From the NCBI GenBank assembly GCA_951406725.2, contig OX597822.1, forward strand, positions 77,066,001 to 77,130,000: a DNA stretch of 64,000 nucleotides. Reading direction: 5' to 3'. The translations under genes were made by a program, and so were the position numbers. Shown here in pieces: positions 1 through 12,631 of the stretch. The notes beneath the pieces were generated by a model. It did not search any database and was not told the origin of the DNA. It saw only the letters and a program-made list of their open reading frames with translations. This stretch comes from Octopus vulgaris (lineage: Eukaryota). Position 1 is the stretch's first letter; every line of letters begins with the position of its first letter.

Positions 1-11
1 TTTTTGCATAT

Positions 12-104
12 ATGTGTGTATACATATATTACATACACACACACACATACACAGAAACACACATATACACAAACACTAGCAGATACAAACACACACACTT
101 ACGC

Positions 105-146
<42 letters not shown>

Positions 147-147
147 G

Positions 148-246
<99 letters not shown>

Positions 247-468
247 TGAGAGAGAGAGAGAGAGGCGGATGAATGAATAGATAGGTAAGTAGATACATAC
301 ATACATACATGCAGACAGATATGTGTGCATATGTACATGAAATACATGCATACATACATGTATGCACCTTCACATTTATAGATACACTCAAGCGCACCAT
401 ACACGTGTGTGTGTCTGTGGATCTGAGAGGGACACACATAGTGCATACACACCCATAAATGTATGTGA

Positions 469-512
<44 letters not shown>

Positions 513-527
513 CATACATATGCATAG

Positions 528-608
<81 letters not shown>

Positions 609-690
609 GAGATAGATAGATAGATAGATGCATGTGTGTCCGAATGCATTTATATATGCGTGCCTGTATGTGTTTATATGCATGTATGCC
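12..690. repeat. Compound microsatellite field (CA, TA, GA, TAGA, TACA)
   Basis: Simple-repeat tracts are directly visible. Similar fields recur at about 1380-1810, 9120-9510, 21160-21385, 22400-23040, 30750-31550, 31835-31990, 41370-41640, 47170-47720 and 57750-57910. Confidence 0.97.
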
Positions 691-1375
691 CAAAAGCAGA
701 TGAAGGTGGAGAAATGAAGTTATTAGTTACTGTCATACGAATATATTTATCAAATGTTAGTGTATGTCTGTGTGTTGTCAATCAACAAACACATTACCCC
801 TGCCACCAAAGCAAAAAAACAAAAAAAATATATACATCCGATTACAACACGTCACTGTGGTGACGACGAGCATCAACAACAACATCAACAGTTACAATAC
901 CAAAACAGCAACAACAATAACAAAAACAACAGAATCCCCGCCATGAACTCTGTTCAGAAATACAGGAATACAGAAACACAACAGCACCAATAACGGTAGT
1001 TAGTAAGAGATATAACGGCAATATCACTTTGATCGTTCTCAACGTGTGTCAACATCTTATGGTAAATAAGATATACCATATTAGATAACCGATCTTCACA
1101 CCTTCTACCTGAGTAGCTATACATCTGCTCTATACGGCATATATATATACACACATCGCACACTATATGTGTATCAGTGTATGTGAGTGCGCGTGCGTGT
1201 GTATGTGCGCGTTTGTGCATGTGCGCCTTGTGTACGTATATGTGTGTTTGTTCGTTTGTGTGTGCGTCTATTTGCGTACGCGGGTTTCGCGTGCTTATGT
1301 AACCGTTACTATCGGTACTGAAATATATATGTTTGTGTGCATGCATGTGTATATGTGCATGTGTGTATTTTGTAT

Positions 1376-1415
<40 letters not shown>

Positions 1416-1476
1416 CCTTCTCTCTATACTGGCACACTCACAGATACATACATGCATATATATACATATATATATA

Positions 1477-1576
<100 letters not shown>

Positions 1577-1776
1577 GAAATATATGCATATATAATCATA
1601 TGCATATACACATACACACATATATAAATATATGCATATGTAAACATACATATTCATACACACAAATATATATGTATACATATATATAGAGATACATATA
1701 TTTATACATACACACATAAATATATATGTATACACACATATATACATACATATACACCAACACACATATCTATCTA

Positions 1777-1809
<33 letters not shown>

Positions 1810-1877
1810 GCACGTACAAGGTGCGCACGATAGGCCATACATACATACACGGATGCACACGTGGTGGTGCATGTATG

Positions 1878-2215
1878 TAGGTGCAGTATGACAGAATGGT
1901 TAAGACGTTCGATTCGCAAACACGAGATCCTGATTTCGATCGCACGGCTTAGCATCTTGAGCAAATGTTCTGTTTTCTACAACCTTGGGTCGAACCGAGT
2001 AAAATTGGGCAAACGGAAACTGCATAGAAGCCATTCAGTAGGTTGTACCATTAATGCAAATGGCAAAAGCTTTGTGTTGATGTTGATTCTACCTGAGATG
2101 TCCATTAAGGATATACGTGTCTGTGGAATATACGGCCACTTACATGTTAACTCAAGAGTAGGTAATTCAGTTGATCGATGACTGGTATCCACGTCGTCGA
2201 ACGGCAGAGATCCAC
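1878..2215 (+). mobile_element. Old diverged tRNA-headed SINE, 3' part related to the CORE-like SINE at 39826
   Basis: A-box-like agaatggttaag and B-box-like gatttcgatc. The 3' part (ttaaggatatacgtgtctgtgg...gttgatcg...cgtcgtcg) aligns by eye with 40035-40140. Confidence 0.6.
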
Positions 2216-2233
2216 TATACCACAAGCTTATAT

Positions 2234-2639
2234 ATATAACTGTAATTAGATATTATTTATATAGTAATATATGCTCCATTTAGAACAACTTAAACAAGTG
2301 ACAGAAAAATGTTGCGAAAAAACACTGGGAATTGAACACATCATCAACGCTTACACGACTCGGTACGCACCCAATTCAGCAACATAGTCCACCCAACAAT
2401 TTCAGCCAATTTTAATGTATAGATAATTTTAGTCTAGTATATAATTTGTAAACACACCGAAGGGCTGTCAATTACGGAGAAGAGCGATACACACAGGTAC
2501 TTTATAATAATAATTGACTTGTTTTCGTTCAACTGTTTAGGTTTAGTCGCCCTAAGTGGAGTATATATCATTATATAAATGATATATAATTACAGTTATT
2601 ATTAAAAAGGACCTATGTGTGTCGCTCTTCTCCGTAATT
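2234..2639. repeat. Interleaved diverged inverted repeats (A-B-A'-B') around a tRNA-like segment
   Basis: ataactgtaatta (~2237) is inverted as taattacagttat (~2587). aattacggagaagagcgatacaca (2470) is inverted as tgtgtcgctcttctccgtaatt (~2618-2639). An A/B-box-like segment lies on the minus strand at ~2325-2385. Confidence 0.6.
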
Positions 2640-2744
2640 TATAGTTATGTATGTATATTGAATTCGGACGTTGGCACAAGGATAACAATTTCAAGGAAAG
2701 GCGTAAGCGAATTACATCGACCCCGGTGCTCATATGATTTGAAC

Positions 2745-3372
2745 ACAGAACGTAGCGGCAGACGAAATACCTATTTCTTTACTACCCACAAGGGGCTAAA
2801 CACAGAGAGGACAAACAAGGATAGACAAACGGATTAAGTCGATTATATCGACCCCAGTGCGTAACCGGTACTTATTTAATCGACACGAAAGGATGAAAGG
2901 CAAAGTCGACCTCGGCGGGATTTGAACTCTGAACGTAAAGGCAGACGAAATACCTATTTCTTTACTACCCACAAGGGGCTAAACACAGAGAGGACAAACA
3001 AGGACAGACAAACGGATTAAGTCGATTATATCGACCCCAGTGCGTAACTGGTACTTATTTAATCGACCCCGAAAGGATGAAAGGCAAAGTCGACCTCGGC
3101 GGGATTTGAACTCTGAACGTAAAGGCAGACGAAATACCTATTTCTTTACTACCCACAAGGGGCTAAACACAGAGAGGACAAACAATGACAGACAAACGGA
3201 TTAAGTCGATTATATCGACTCCAGTACGTAACTGGTACTTATTTAATCGACCCCGAAAAGATGAAAGGCAAAGTCGACCTCGGCGGAATTTGAACTCAGA
3301 ACGTAGCGGCAGACGAAATACGGTTAAGCATTTCGCCCGGCGTGCTAACGTTTCTGCCAGCTCGCCAACTTA
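2745..3372 (-). mobile_element. Meta-domain tRNA-SINE, tandem array (one head plus about 3.3 units of 184 bp)
   Basis: Minus-strand head ggcgagctggcagaaacgttagc, B box gagttcaaat and Meta-type core gcctttcatcctttcggggtcgat..aagtaccag. The marker gacgaaata recurs at 2761, 2944, 3128 and 3312. Confidence 0.85.
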
Positions 3373-3525
3373 AGCTATGTAAATGTTTGTTTTTCACGTG
3401 GTTATAATAAAAACAATTTAACATTAAATTGAAAAATGACTCAATACTTTTATAGAGTACAGATTTATACTTTTATAAGAGGGGTTCAATCTGTTCCTAT
3501 TCTTCTTGTAAACGAATAATAGATG

Positions 3526-3556
<31 letters not shown>

Positions 3557-3768
3557 TTATATATCTATACGTGTGTGTGTGTGTATATATATGTATGTGT
3601 GTATGTATATATATATAAATGTATGTATATATATGTATGTTTATATATCTATGTGTGTATGGCTATTTCTTCTACTGCAAGAAAAGTCTCCCAGACAATG
3701 CATATTCAGAAATAACTCACATAGGTATAAGGGAAAACCAACGAAAGATCACATCCATATGAGATCAC

Positions 3769-3830
3769 CCGAGGACAATCCTGTTTCTGGATTAGTTGAC
3801 TAAACGCCAACATTTCCTTCATCAGCTCAG
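3769..3830 (-). ncRNA. Type I hammerhead ribozyme motif, canonical core
   Basis: Minus strand reads ctgag-CTGATGA-A-GGA-aat-GTTGGC-gttta-GTCAAC-taa-TCC-A-GAAA-CA-ggat-TG-TC|ctcgg. Stem I (ctgag/ctcgg), stem II, stem III and a GUC triplet are all present. Confidence 0.8.
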
Positions 3831-4164
3831 AGATTTCTTCTGATTTGGATTTGAAAGTACTAAAAATCAAACATACCCGTCCGATATGGGTAACACCGGA
3901 CAAACCATGCCAGACCACCAGTACCAGCGAATCCAAAAATACAAACGAGATCTAGTATTCTCCCTGTCCACCCACGTGAGTTACAGAGTAGTACATTCCT
4001 ACAGAGGCAAAACTGTAGTTAAAATTTTTGGGGAGAAAGTATTATATTGTCAATAAAAAAGGGTCAAATTAATTAATTATTAATTAATTCGACCGAGCAG
4101 TGTCGAATTTTTATAAAGTATTATGTATATATATATATGTATATATTATATATATATATGTATA

Positions 4165-4195
<31 letters not shown>

Positions 4196-4260
4196 GTACG
4201 TGTATGTACGCACACACATAGCTATCCGTTACACATGCACAGAAACACATGTATATACAT

Positions 4261-4343
<83 letters not shown>

Positions 4344-4844
4344 GTCGCTAATCATTTTGCCCGAAATGCTAACGATTCAGCCAGCTCGCCACCTTGTTGT
4401 AACTAAATATTGTAAAGCGTTTAGTCGGACAATTCACACTGTTATATAAAGCAAAATGATTGGAATATCTGATGCATAAAAAAGAAACAAATTGATTACT
4501 AATTCAATGTAGTGGTCCGAGATATTTTAATTAATTACTCCCAAATATTTTAATTAATGAAGAGCTCACTTGCGTGGAGTGGATAGACGTGTTTATGTTA
4601 AAAGTTGATAGCTTATGCAAGGCAGTCACGAATAATTAAGCCAGAGAGAGCTGACTGTCAACTTTTGATATAAGAAGCAGGTGCGCGTGCCTGTGTGCGA
4701 AGGATAAAGAGAGAGAGGCGAGTATTTGTGTGTTTTTATGAGTATATATAAGTATTAGCAGAGATACCCGGCGTTACTCGGTATTAAAATAGTATAGTTT
4801 GTTTACATACATTTCTATAATGCCCATGGGGTAAGGGTATACTT

Positions 4845-5776
4845 AGAGAGGACAAACAAGGACAGACAAACGGATTAAGTCGATTACATCGACCCTAGTG
4901 TGTAACTGATATTTATTTAATCGACCCCGAAAGGATGAATGGCAAAATCGACCTCGGCGGAATTTGAACTAAGAACGTAACGACAGACGAAATACCAATT
5001 TCTTTACTACCCACAAGGGGCTAAACACAGAGGAGACAAACAAGGACAGACAAACGGATTAAGTCGATTACATTGATCCCAGTGCGTAACTGGCACTTAT
5101 TTAATCGACCCCGAAAGGATGAAAAGCAAAGTCGACCTCGGCGGAATTTGAACTCAGAACGTAGCGGCAGACGAAATACCTATTTCTTTACTACCCACAA
5201 GGGGCTAAACACAGAGAGGACAAACAAGGACAGACAAACGGTTTAAGTCGATTATATCGACCCCAGTGCGAAACTGGTACTTATTTAATCGACCCCGAAA
5301 GGATGAAAGGCAAAGTCGACCTCGGCGGAATTTGAACTCAGAGCGTAACGGTAGACGAAATACCTATTTCTTTACTACCCACAAGGGGCTAAACACAGAG
5401 AGGACAAACAAGGACAGACAAACGGTTTAAGTCGATTATATCGACCCCAGTGCGAAACTGGTACTTATTTAATCGACCCCGAAAGGATGAAAGGCAAAGT
5501 CGACCTCGGCGGAATTTGAACTCAGAGCGTAACGGTAGACGAAATACCTATTTCTTTACTACCCACAAGGGGCTAAACACACAGAGAATAAACAAGGACA
5601 AACAGATTAATTCGATTATATCGACCCCAGTGCGTAACTGGTACTTATTTAATCAACCCTGGAAGGATGAAAGGCAAAGTCGACCTCGGCGGAATTTGAA
5701 CTCAGAACGTAACGGCAGACGAAATACGGCTACACATTTCGCCCGGCGTGCTAACGTTTCTGCCAGCTCGCCGCCT
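4845..5776 (-). mobile_element. Meta-domain tRNA-SINE, tandem array (one head plus about 5 units of 184 bp)
   Basis: Same unit and same unit junction as 2745-3372, with a single head at ~5725-5776. Confidence 0.88.
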
Positions 5777-5918
5777 TGTTTATATATATTACAGTTATGT
5801 TGAAACAGGTGATACGGGAAAGCGCAGCGTTGACGACAAAACATTTGTGGAGTAAATGATGATCTAATTTGACTAATCGACATGTAATACGTCAGTTTGG
5901 AGGATTCCATGCCCTAAC

Positions 5919-6595
5919 CTAGCATGGAAAATTGGGGCGGGGGTATGTTATTTGAATCCACCGAAAAGCTGTCAAGTGGGTATACTCACCTTTGAGACTG
6001 TCAGCGCTGCGTTTAATACAGCCCATCGTATTGTTGACAGACAAATGAATGGAGGTATAATGGAGATATTGTACGTAAATGGGTACATTCTGGAAATGGG
6101 CTGCAATGAGAGAGGGTAACGGGGAAATGAACTGTTGAAAGGGGTTAAGGAGTGCTGGCAATCTTACCTTACCACTCGAGCAGCACATGCCATTAGTTTC
6201 ATTTGGAAATATTTGAAAGCTTTGTAGAAGCGATCATTTGTGTGTAGCACAACAACTTATACAGAATTATCATTTTCATAAGAATGGGATGGATCATATC
6301 TGAAAGCAGATCTTGGTATTGTGAAGAATGAATTTGCATGTGGTCTATTTCTGAGAGCTATTGTATTGGACTTCTGTCTAATCTGGCGTGCTAAACGTTG
6401 TTCTAATGACTCGGCATTAAGTATTACTATATCTCTTCTCCCTTGAGACTCCATTTGACGTGCAGCAGTATGCTTCTGCTCATCTTGGGAAAGTCTCATT
6501 TCCTTTCTCTGTTGAAACACTCGCATCCGATTTTCTGCAATCGTCCTCGCTTTATACGTGTTTCTGGAGAGATTACGTCCTTTCTTTGGTGGCAT
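5919..6595 (-). pseudogene. Helitron RepHel N-terminal fragment (disrupted)
   Basis: ORF 6257-6595 (MPPKKGRNLSR...R/E-rich...AFRYDP) is followed by CCSSGKVRLP. The CCxxGKVxLP zinc-finger motif is typical of the Helitron Rep N-terminus. Confidence 0.75.
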
Positions 6596-6691
6596 ATTTT
6601 TTCAATATTGTAAACAAAGAATTATGAATATAGAAAGAATATACATTAACCTCTATTTTTTAAGCAGTTGTGTGTATATAGTATGTCCGTA

Positions 6692-7215
6692 TTAGTACCA
6701 GTTACGCACTGGGAGTCGATATGATCGACTGGTACCCTCCCCCAAAATTTCAGGCCTTGTGCCTATAGTAGAAAGGATTATCTGAATGAAATATAAGGTG
6801 ACAAGCAGACATAACCATTTGAACTCCGGACAAACTGCTAAGCACGCCGGGCGAAATACTTAGCAGTATTTCGTCTGCCGTTACGTTCTAAGTTTAAATT
6901 CCGCCGAGGTCGACTTTGCCTTTCATCCTTTCGGGGTCGATAAATTAAGTACCAGTTACGCACTGGGGTCGATGTAATCAACTTAATCCGTTTGTCTGTC
7001 CTTGTTTGTCCTCTCTGTGTTTAGCCCCTTGTGGGTAGTAAAGAAATAGGTATTTCTTCGGGCTTTACACGATGAGTTTAAGCACATCCGAGGTCAACTT
7101 TGCCATTCATCCTTTCGGTTCGATAAAATAAGTACCATTTCAGCACTGGAATCGATGTAATTGACTAACCTTTCCCCGTAAAATTTCAGGCCTGGTGCCT
7201 ATAACAGAGTGGTTT
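6692..7215 (+). mobile_element. Meta-domain SINE fragments and a dimer
   Basis: Meta core at 6917-6955 and the unit junction gaaataggtatttc at ~7043. Confidence 0.8.
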
Positions 7216-7383
7216 ATCTGAACGAACTAATAGTTGAAGTGGTAGGTTAGTGATGCATTTTGCAGTAACGTCACAAAAGGTCATGAAAACACTGCTATAA
7301 CTGATAAAATTGACAGCGTCGACTTAGAAATTATTCGGTAGTATATTCCTCAGATATTTCATGGTTTTATTTTGCATATATGC

Positions 7384-7551
7384 AGGCATAGTTGAGTGGA
7401 TAAAAAGGTCACTTTGCAGCCACGCGGTTTCGGGTTCAGCCTCGTTGTGCGGTGGCATCTTGTGCAGGTATCTTCTACTATAGCCCCGGGCTAACCAATG
7501 CCTTGTGAGTGGACGACGAAAAATATATGGAAGACTGTTGTATGTTTACAT

Positions 7552-7599
<48 letters not shown>

Positions 7600-7855
7600 G
7601 CGTGCGTGTGTGTGTGTGTGTATGTGTGTGTGTGTGTGTGTGCATGTGTGTTTTAGTGTTTGCGTCTACTCCCCATTACTGCTTGCCAGCCGGTCTTGGG
7701 TTCTTTACTTCCTCGTAACATAGCTTTCCGGCAAAAGGTACCGATAGTATAAGTAGCAGACTTTAAAAATTTGTACTGTGATTTGTTCGACTAAATTCTT
7801 CAAGGCATGGCCGGAATCTAATGACTGAAGCAAGCTAAAGATAAAGGATAAAAGA
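7384..7855 (+). mobile_element. Bipartite tRNA-SINE with internal (GT)n and a LINE-derived tail (diverged copy)
   Basis: A/B-box head, tcttctactatagcc, a microsatellite, then a 3' half ending gcatggcc...atgactgaa..aagataaa. Confidence 0.75.
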
Positions 7856-8318
7856 GACTGCATCTCAGTGCCGATTTTTGATTTGTATTTTGTTGTCAGA
7901 AAATTTTCCTTCTATATTTATTCTCTTCACTTCTGTGGAATTCAATATATAATGGCTTAGCAGTCAACACGAGTTTTCTTAACTTATTTTATATATTGTA
8001 TTATAATGCTTCGCAATGCCTAATTATTGTAAATGCATAGTCTCCCGTTGAGAAGGTGTATTTGTGCGTCCGATGTAACAGTCTGAGTCATGTAGTTTAC
8101 TACTTCTAAGTTTTCATCGAAATTCCTATATTAATTTCGTTGTCTGAAGTACGTTCTGAAGTTTACAAGACGCTAGTTTCACGTTGATGGGGGGGGGGCT
8201 TTTATTCATTTATTTTGTAATATATTCCAAATATGAGGTTATAGTTCGATGGGGAAAATATTTAATAAAATCCTGAACTCGACTGTTTTAATAGCAAATG
8301 AGACAAAAACAGTTCTTT

Positions 8319-8423
<105 letters not shown>

Positions 8424-8431
8424 ACACACAT

Positions 8432-8620
8432 AAGGCGGCGAGCTGGCAGAAACGTTAGCACGCCGCTACATTCTGACTTCAAATTCCGCCGAGGTCGACT
8501 TTGCCTTTCATCGATAAATAAAGTACCAGTTTCGCACTGGGGTTGATATAATCAACTTAATCCTTTTGTCTGTCCTTGTTTGTCCCCTCTATGTTTAGCC
8601 CCTTGCGGGCAGTAAAGAAA
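8432..8620 (+). mobile_element. Meta-domain SINE monomer with internal deletions
   Basis: ggcggcgagctggcagaaacgttagc head and tttagccccttg..ggcagtaaagaaat tail. Confidence 0.85.
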
Positions 8621-9196
8621 TATATATATATATGTATATATATACACGCATATACATTTGCATAATGTCACCACGGACGAACCATCCGTTTCGAATCTCA
8701 GACTCTGATCTGGAGAATTTTAATAATGCTCTCCTCGGATAACGAATATATTTGACTCCTGATGAGAATCTGAGTGAGATTCGATGGTTTACGCATTGAT
8801 ACAATATTCAAATGAAATTATTTCAACTCTCAAGTCGGATAATTATTGACTGCTTCGTTGATTAGTAGCTTCTCAATTTTATAACTAAGACACTGATTTA
8901 CTTTGTTTAGTATATAAGTTTGTCCTCACTGCGTGTATTTCTATTTTTCTCTGTCTTTCTTTCTCTTCCTCTCACACAGCCTCTCACTCACTCACTCACA
9001 CACTCAATCAATTACGCACAATCTCTCACTCACGCTCTTACTCTCACGTTCATATACTTCCATTTACACAAGCTTTCACTCACTCACTCTCTCCCAATAT
9101 CTATCTATATCTATCAATGTACCTACTTATCTATCTATCTATCTATCTCTCTATCTATCTATCTAACTATCTATATTTGTCAACATACCTACTTAC

Positions 9197-9259
<63 letters not shown>

Positions 9260-9314
9260 CCTATCTTTCACTCTATATCTATCATCGTACCTTCTTATGT
9301 ATCTGTCTACCTAC

Positions 9315-9389
<75 letters not shown>

Positions 9390-9429
9390 CCTATCTTTCA
9401 CTCTATATCTATCATCGTACTTTCTTATG

Positions 9430-9510
<81 letters not shown>

Positions 9511-10464
9511 CCCTACGATGCTTAGCAAGCCACTTGTTCAAGTATTAAGATTAACTGGAAATGTCTGGCAAACGTCACAACTACAAATGCTTACATTATT
9601 GATGAAGGAACAATAAATTAACATTTACCAACACCATTCAATCTTGTAAAAGACAAAAGATTACACGGTAGCAAGGCCATCTTTATGTTTCTTAGGTTAA
9701 TTTTCTTCCTTTCTTCTTTTCTTCCTTCCTTCTTTCTTTTTCTCTTTCTTCCTCAACGAAATTACAACGACCATAATACGAAGAGATTAGAGAAAGGTTT
9801 GATAAGGTAGCTTTAATGACCCCTCCTCCTCCATCATTTCACCGATGATGGCGACGACGCAGACGATCCTCGAGAGCGGCAGTAAAGGCGGTGCAATAAT
9901 GCCAACATGCCGGCGAAGACATAAAGTTCCACATTGTAAATTACGGACCGAAATTGAACCATAAATTAAATTACGGTTGGCCGTGGTAAGTTGGTATTAA
10001 AATCTGACGCTAAGAAGGGGTTAGTGTCTGCTGTAATAGATCATTTCTTGAGTAGGATGTGGGGCAGAGCTCGGTGATTGGTTAGTTTAGAAGAGGAGGG
10101 GGGGAGGTAAAGGAGGAGGAAGGAGAATTAATTATCGTCATCGTATTGTATATATGTGCACGTCCGTGTATGTGTAAGTGTATATTTGTGTGTGCGTGTG
10201 TATATATACATATATATATATACGTATGTGCGTGCGCGTATGTATAAATGTATATATATATACACACATATATACATATATGTACATATCTACACACACA
10301 TAAATACGTTCACACACACATGCATGCACACACACATACATATGCATGTATGTATATATGTATATATATATGGATATAGATGGATAGATATCGAGAGATA
10401 TACATACACAAATATATCTGCTTATATTCACACGCGCGCATGCACAAACACACGTTTTCATTTA

Positions 10465-10852
10465 TTTTGTTCTTTGTGCTGCGCCCATGCTGGGACACAA
10501 CCTTGAAGAGTTTAAGTCAATAAAATCAATAAAATCGATCTCAGCACTAATTGTTTAAATTTTGGTACTTATTATATCGACTCTCTTTATCGAATTGCTA
10601 ATGTTACGGACACGTAAACTTTACTAGCATCAGTGTCAAGCGTTCACCGACAATCATAATACAAACACACACATATGCATGTACATATTATAGGTTTCTG
10701 CACAGTTTCCGTCAACCCAGTTCATTCACAAAGCATTGATCGGCCTGGGTGTTTGGTAGAAGACACTTGCCCAATGTGTGGCGCATGGAATTGAACCAGA
10801 TATCACTTGGTTGCAGAACAATTTTCTTAACCACGTTGTTGTAACTGCGCCC
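10465..10852 (-). mobile_element. Bipartite tRNA-SINE (diverged copy)
   Basis: Reverse-complement match to the 51095-51478 family (agaagacacttgccca, gtcaagcg, gtacttatt). Confidence 0.7.
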
Positions 10853-10989
10853 ATTCACAACCTTACATACATTTCGTAAACACGATCCTGGTTGAAATTA
10901 ATAACGCCACCCACGGAAACAACACTACAACAACAGTAAACTATCTGAGAAGATGTAAGTATAACAATAAAAATATGCAAAACTTCTCC

Positions 10990-11650
10990 CCAAGATTAAA
11001 ATATAACATGGTGTTCGTTATCGACATTCCAGCGATGGCTCTCTGTATCTTTGTTAGAAACTAGCTCCATCCTTAGAAGAAAAAATTAAATAATTAAAAA
11101 CATTCATACATACATACACTCTGGTGCACACATGAATATACAGCGACAAATGTAGTACATAGTTTCTTAAGAGAAGTATTTTTGTTTAGCAGAACATCAC
11201 GAAAGACACATGCAGCCAAACGAAACACTTAAAGCATACCATTAAACATCAACGTAACAAGACACATGCAACACATCGCTAAGAACTCATGCAATTGCAC
11301 CACAACAGCAATATGTGCATTACAAAGAAATTGCTTAAAAATATTAAGGCGATGCTCCAGCATGGCCACAGTCAAAATGACTGAAACAAGTAAAAGAATA
11401 GAAGACTAGTCTACAAACTAAAGAGAACTACATCCGCACCGCTAGTGGAACATTCAAAGATAGTGACACAAAACTTTAAAAATATTCAGAAATGCACACA
11501 CGCACACACATACACTCACACAAAAGAAACCCGACGTCTCTATCTAAACACACCTGGGAGCTAAAAGAAAACAAATAAAACTGTCACCACGAAATGGAAA
11601 ATAACAGAATGTGTACCATCATAGATAAATGGTTCCGGAATCTTCCTGCA
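10990..11650 (+). mobile_element. Heavily decayed Penelope-like element C-terminal (GIY-YIG) remnant
   Basis: Hand translation gives KENYIRTASGTFKD (~11420-11460) and TSLSKHTWELKENK...KWKI (~11535-11605). These resemble YIGxTxxxFKxR and TxLSKYIWxLK...WxI of PLE GIY-YIG domains. Confidence 0.5.
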
Positions 11651-11925
11651 GGCATCGCAGAAAAAATACCACAACGCATACACACACACACACACACAAA
11701 AAAAAAAAACAAATAAGGAGACAGCTTTTGATTAGTCACAGGCAAAAATAAAAATAAAAGTAATAGATAATGTTATTAATCGTGGTAATTTCAGAAATAA
11801 ATTCAATTGTCACTTTTGCTAAACAGAAAATGTACCTCGTAATTCCAAGACAAAACAGTGTCAGATTTATTTTGTTTCATTTTTTTTTTCGTTCTTGCTC
11901 GAGGCAAACTTTTCCCAGATATATA

Positions 11926-12090
11926 GGCGTAGGAGTGGCTGTGTGGTAAGTAGCTTGCTTACCAACCACATGGTTCCGGGTTCAATCCCACTGCCTGGCA
12001 TTTTGGGCAAGTGTCTTCTACTATAGCCTCTGGCTGACCAAAGCCTTGTGAGTGGATTTGGTTGATGGAAACTGAAAGAAGTCCGTCGTA
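11926..12090 (+). mobile_element. Bipartite tRNA-SINE, 5' half
   Basis: ggcgtaggagtggctgtgtggtaag (A box) ... gggttcaatccc (B box) ... gggcaagtgtcttctactatagcc ... gaaactgaaagaag. Confidence 0.88.
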
Positions 12091-12092
12091 TA

Positions 12093-12610
12093 TCTCTTAT
12101 TATAAAAGGCAGATTTTATCTGCCTCCCTTTGTCAGTTATAGAAATCTCTTATTATAAAAGGCAGATTTTATCTACCTCCCTTTGTCAGTTATAGAAATC
12201 TACAATATAGGATTTCTTCAATTACAATTTACCTAGCATTTTTAAGAGTAGAATGCCTCGGGTCATGCCAGGTCCAGTTTTTAAAATTTAAACTCCAATT
12301 AAGCAAAATTTACAGAAAACTCACATTCTGGTGTGTATGTCAAATGCTTTTCTTAATGTGGTTTACACCACACGTACACACACTGTGCAACGAATAAAAT
12401 GAAAGTAATTCACTGTGTGTGTGTTGACAGGTAGACAATAGAATGCGATGGCGATGGCGATGTAATATTTGTTTCTGTCTATCACGCTGATAGATACATG
12501 AGTAAAATGTATGGCAAGCTAAGAGATAAGAGTGAGTGAAAATGTTCTTGGAAGAGAGTAAATAGCGAGAGTGATTTGAGGAAGACTTTACATTAAATAA
12601 CCGTAGTGGC
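12093..12610 (+). mobile_element. Non-autonomous Helitron-like 5' portion with a 53-bp terminal duplication
   Basis: Starts A|TCTCTTATTATAAAAG, like the Helitron at 13696. The first 53 bp are repeated at 12146. No 3' CTRR end was found. Confidence 0.5.
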
Positions 12611-12631
12611 TTGTATATATATATATATATA

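Larger units (their letters stand above)
4755..6680 (-). mobile_element. Internally deleted Helitron, interrupted by a SINE array
   Basis: Minus-strand 3' end ccgagtaacgccggg...tgCTAA|T at 4755 matches the Helitron end at 14063-14089. Rep N-terminal coding remnants lie at 5919-6595. The 5' boundary is approximate. Confidence 0.65.

Noticed and set aside
2745-5776. Regularly spaced repeats resembling a CRISPR array, and recurrent ORFs such as [26 protein letters not shown]
   Set aside because: The entire 184-bp unit repeats with no unique spacers. It is a tRNA-SINE in a eukaryotic context, and the ORFs are its antisense translation.
8759-8790. CTGATGA-GAATCT-gagtg-AGATTC hammerhead-like half
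   Set aside because: It is followed by GATG rather than GAAA, with no stem III or stem I. At best a dead remnant.
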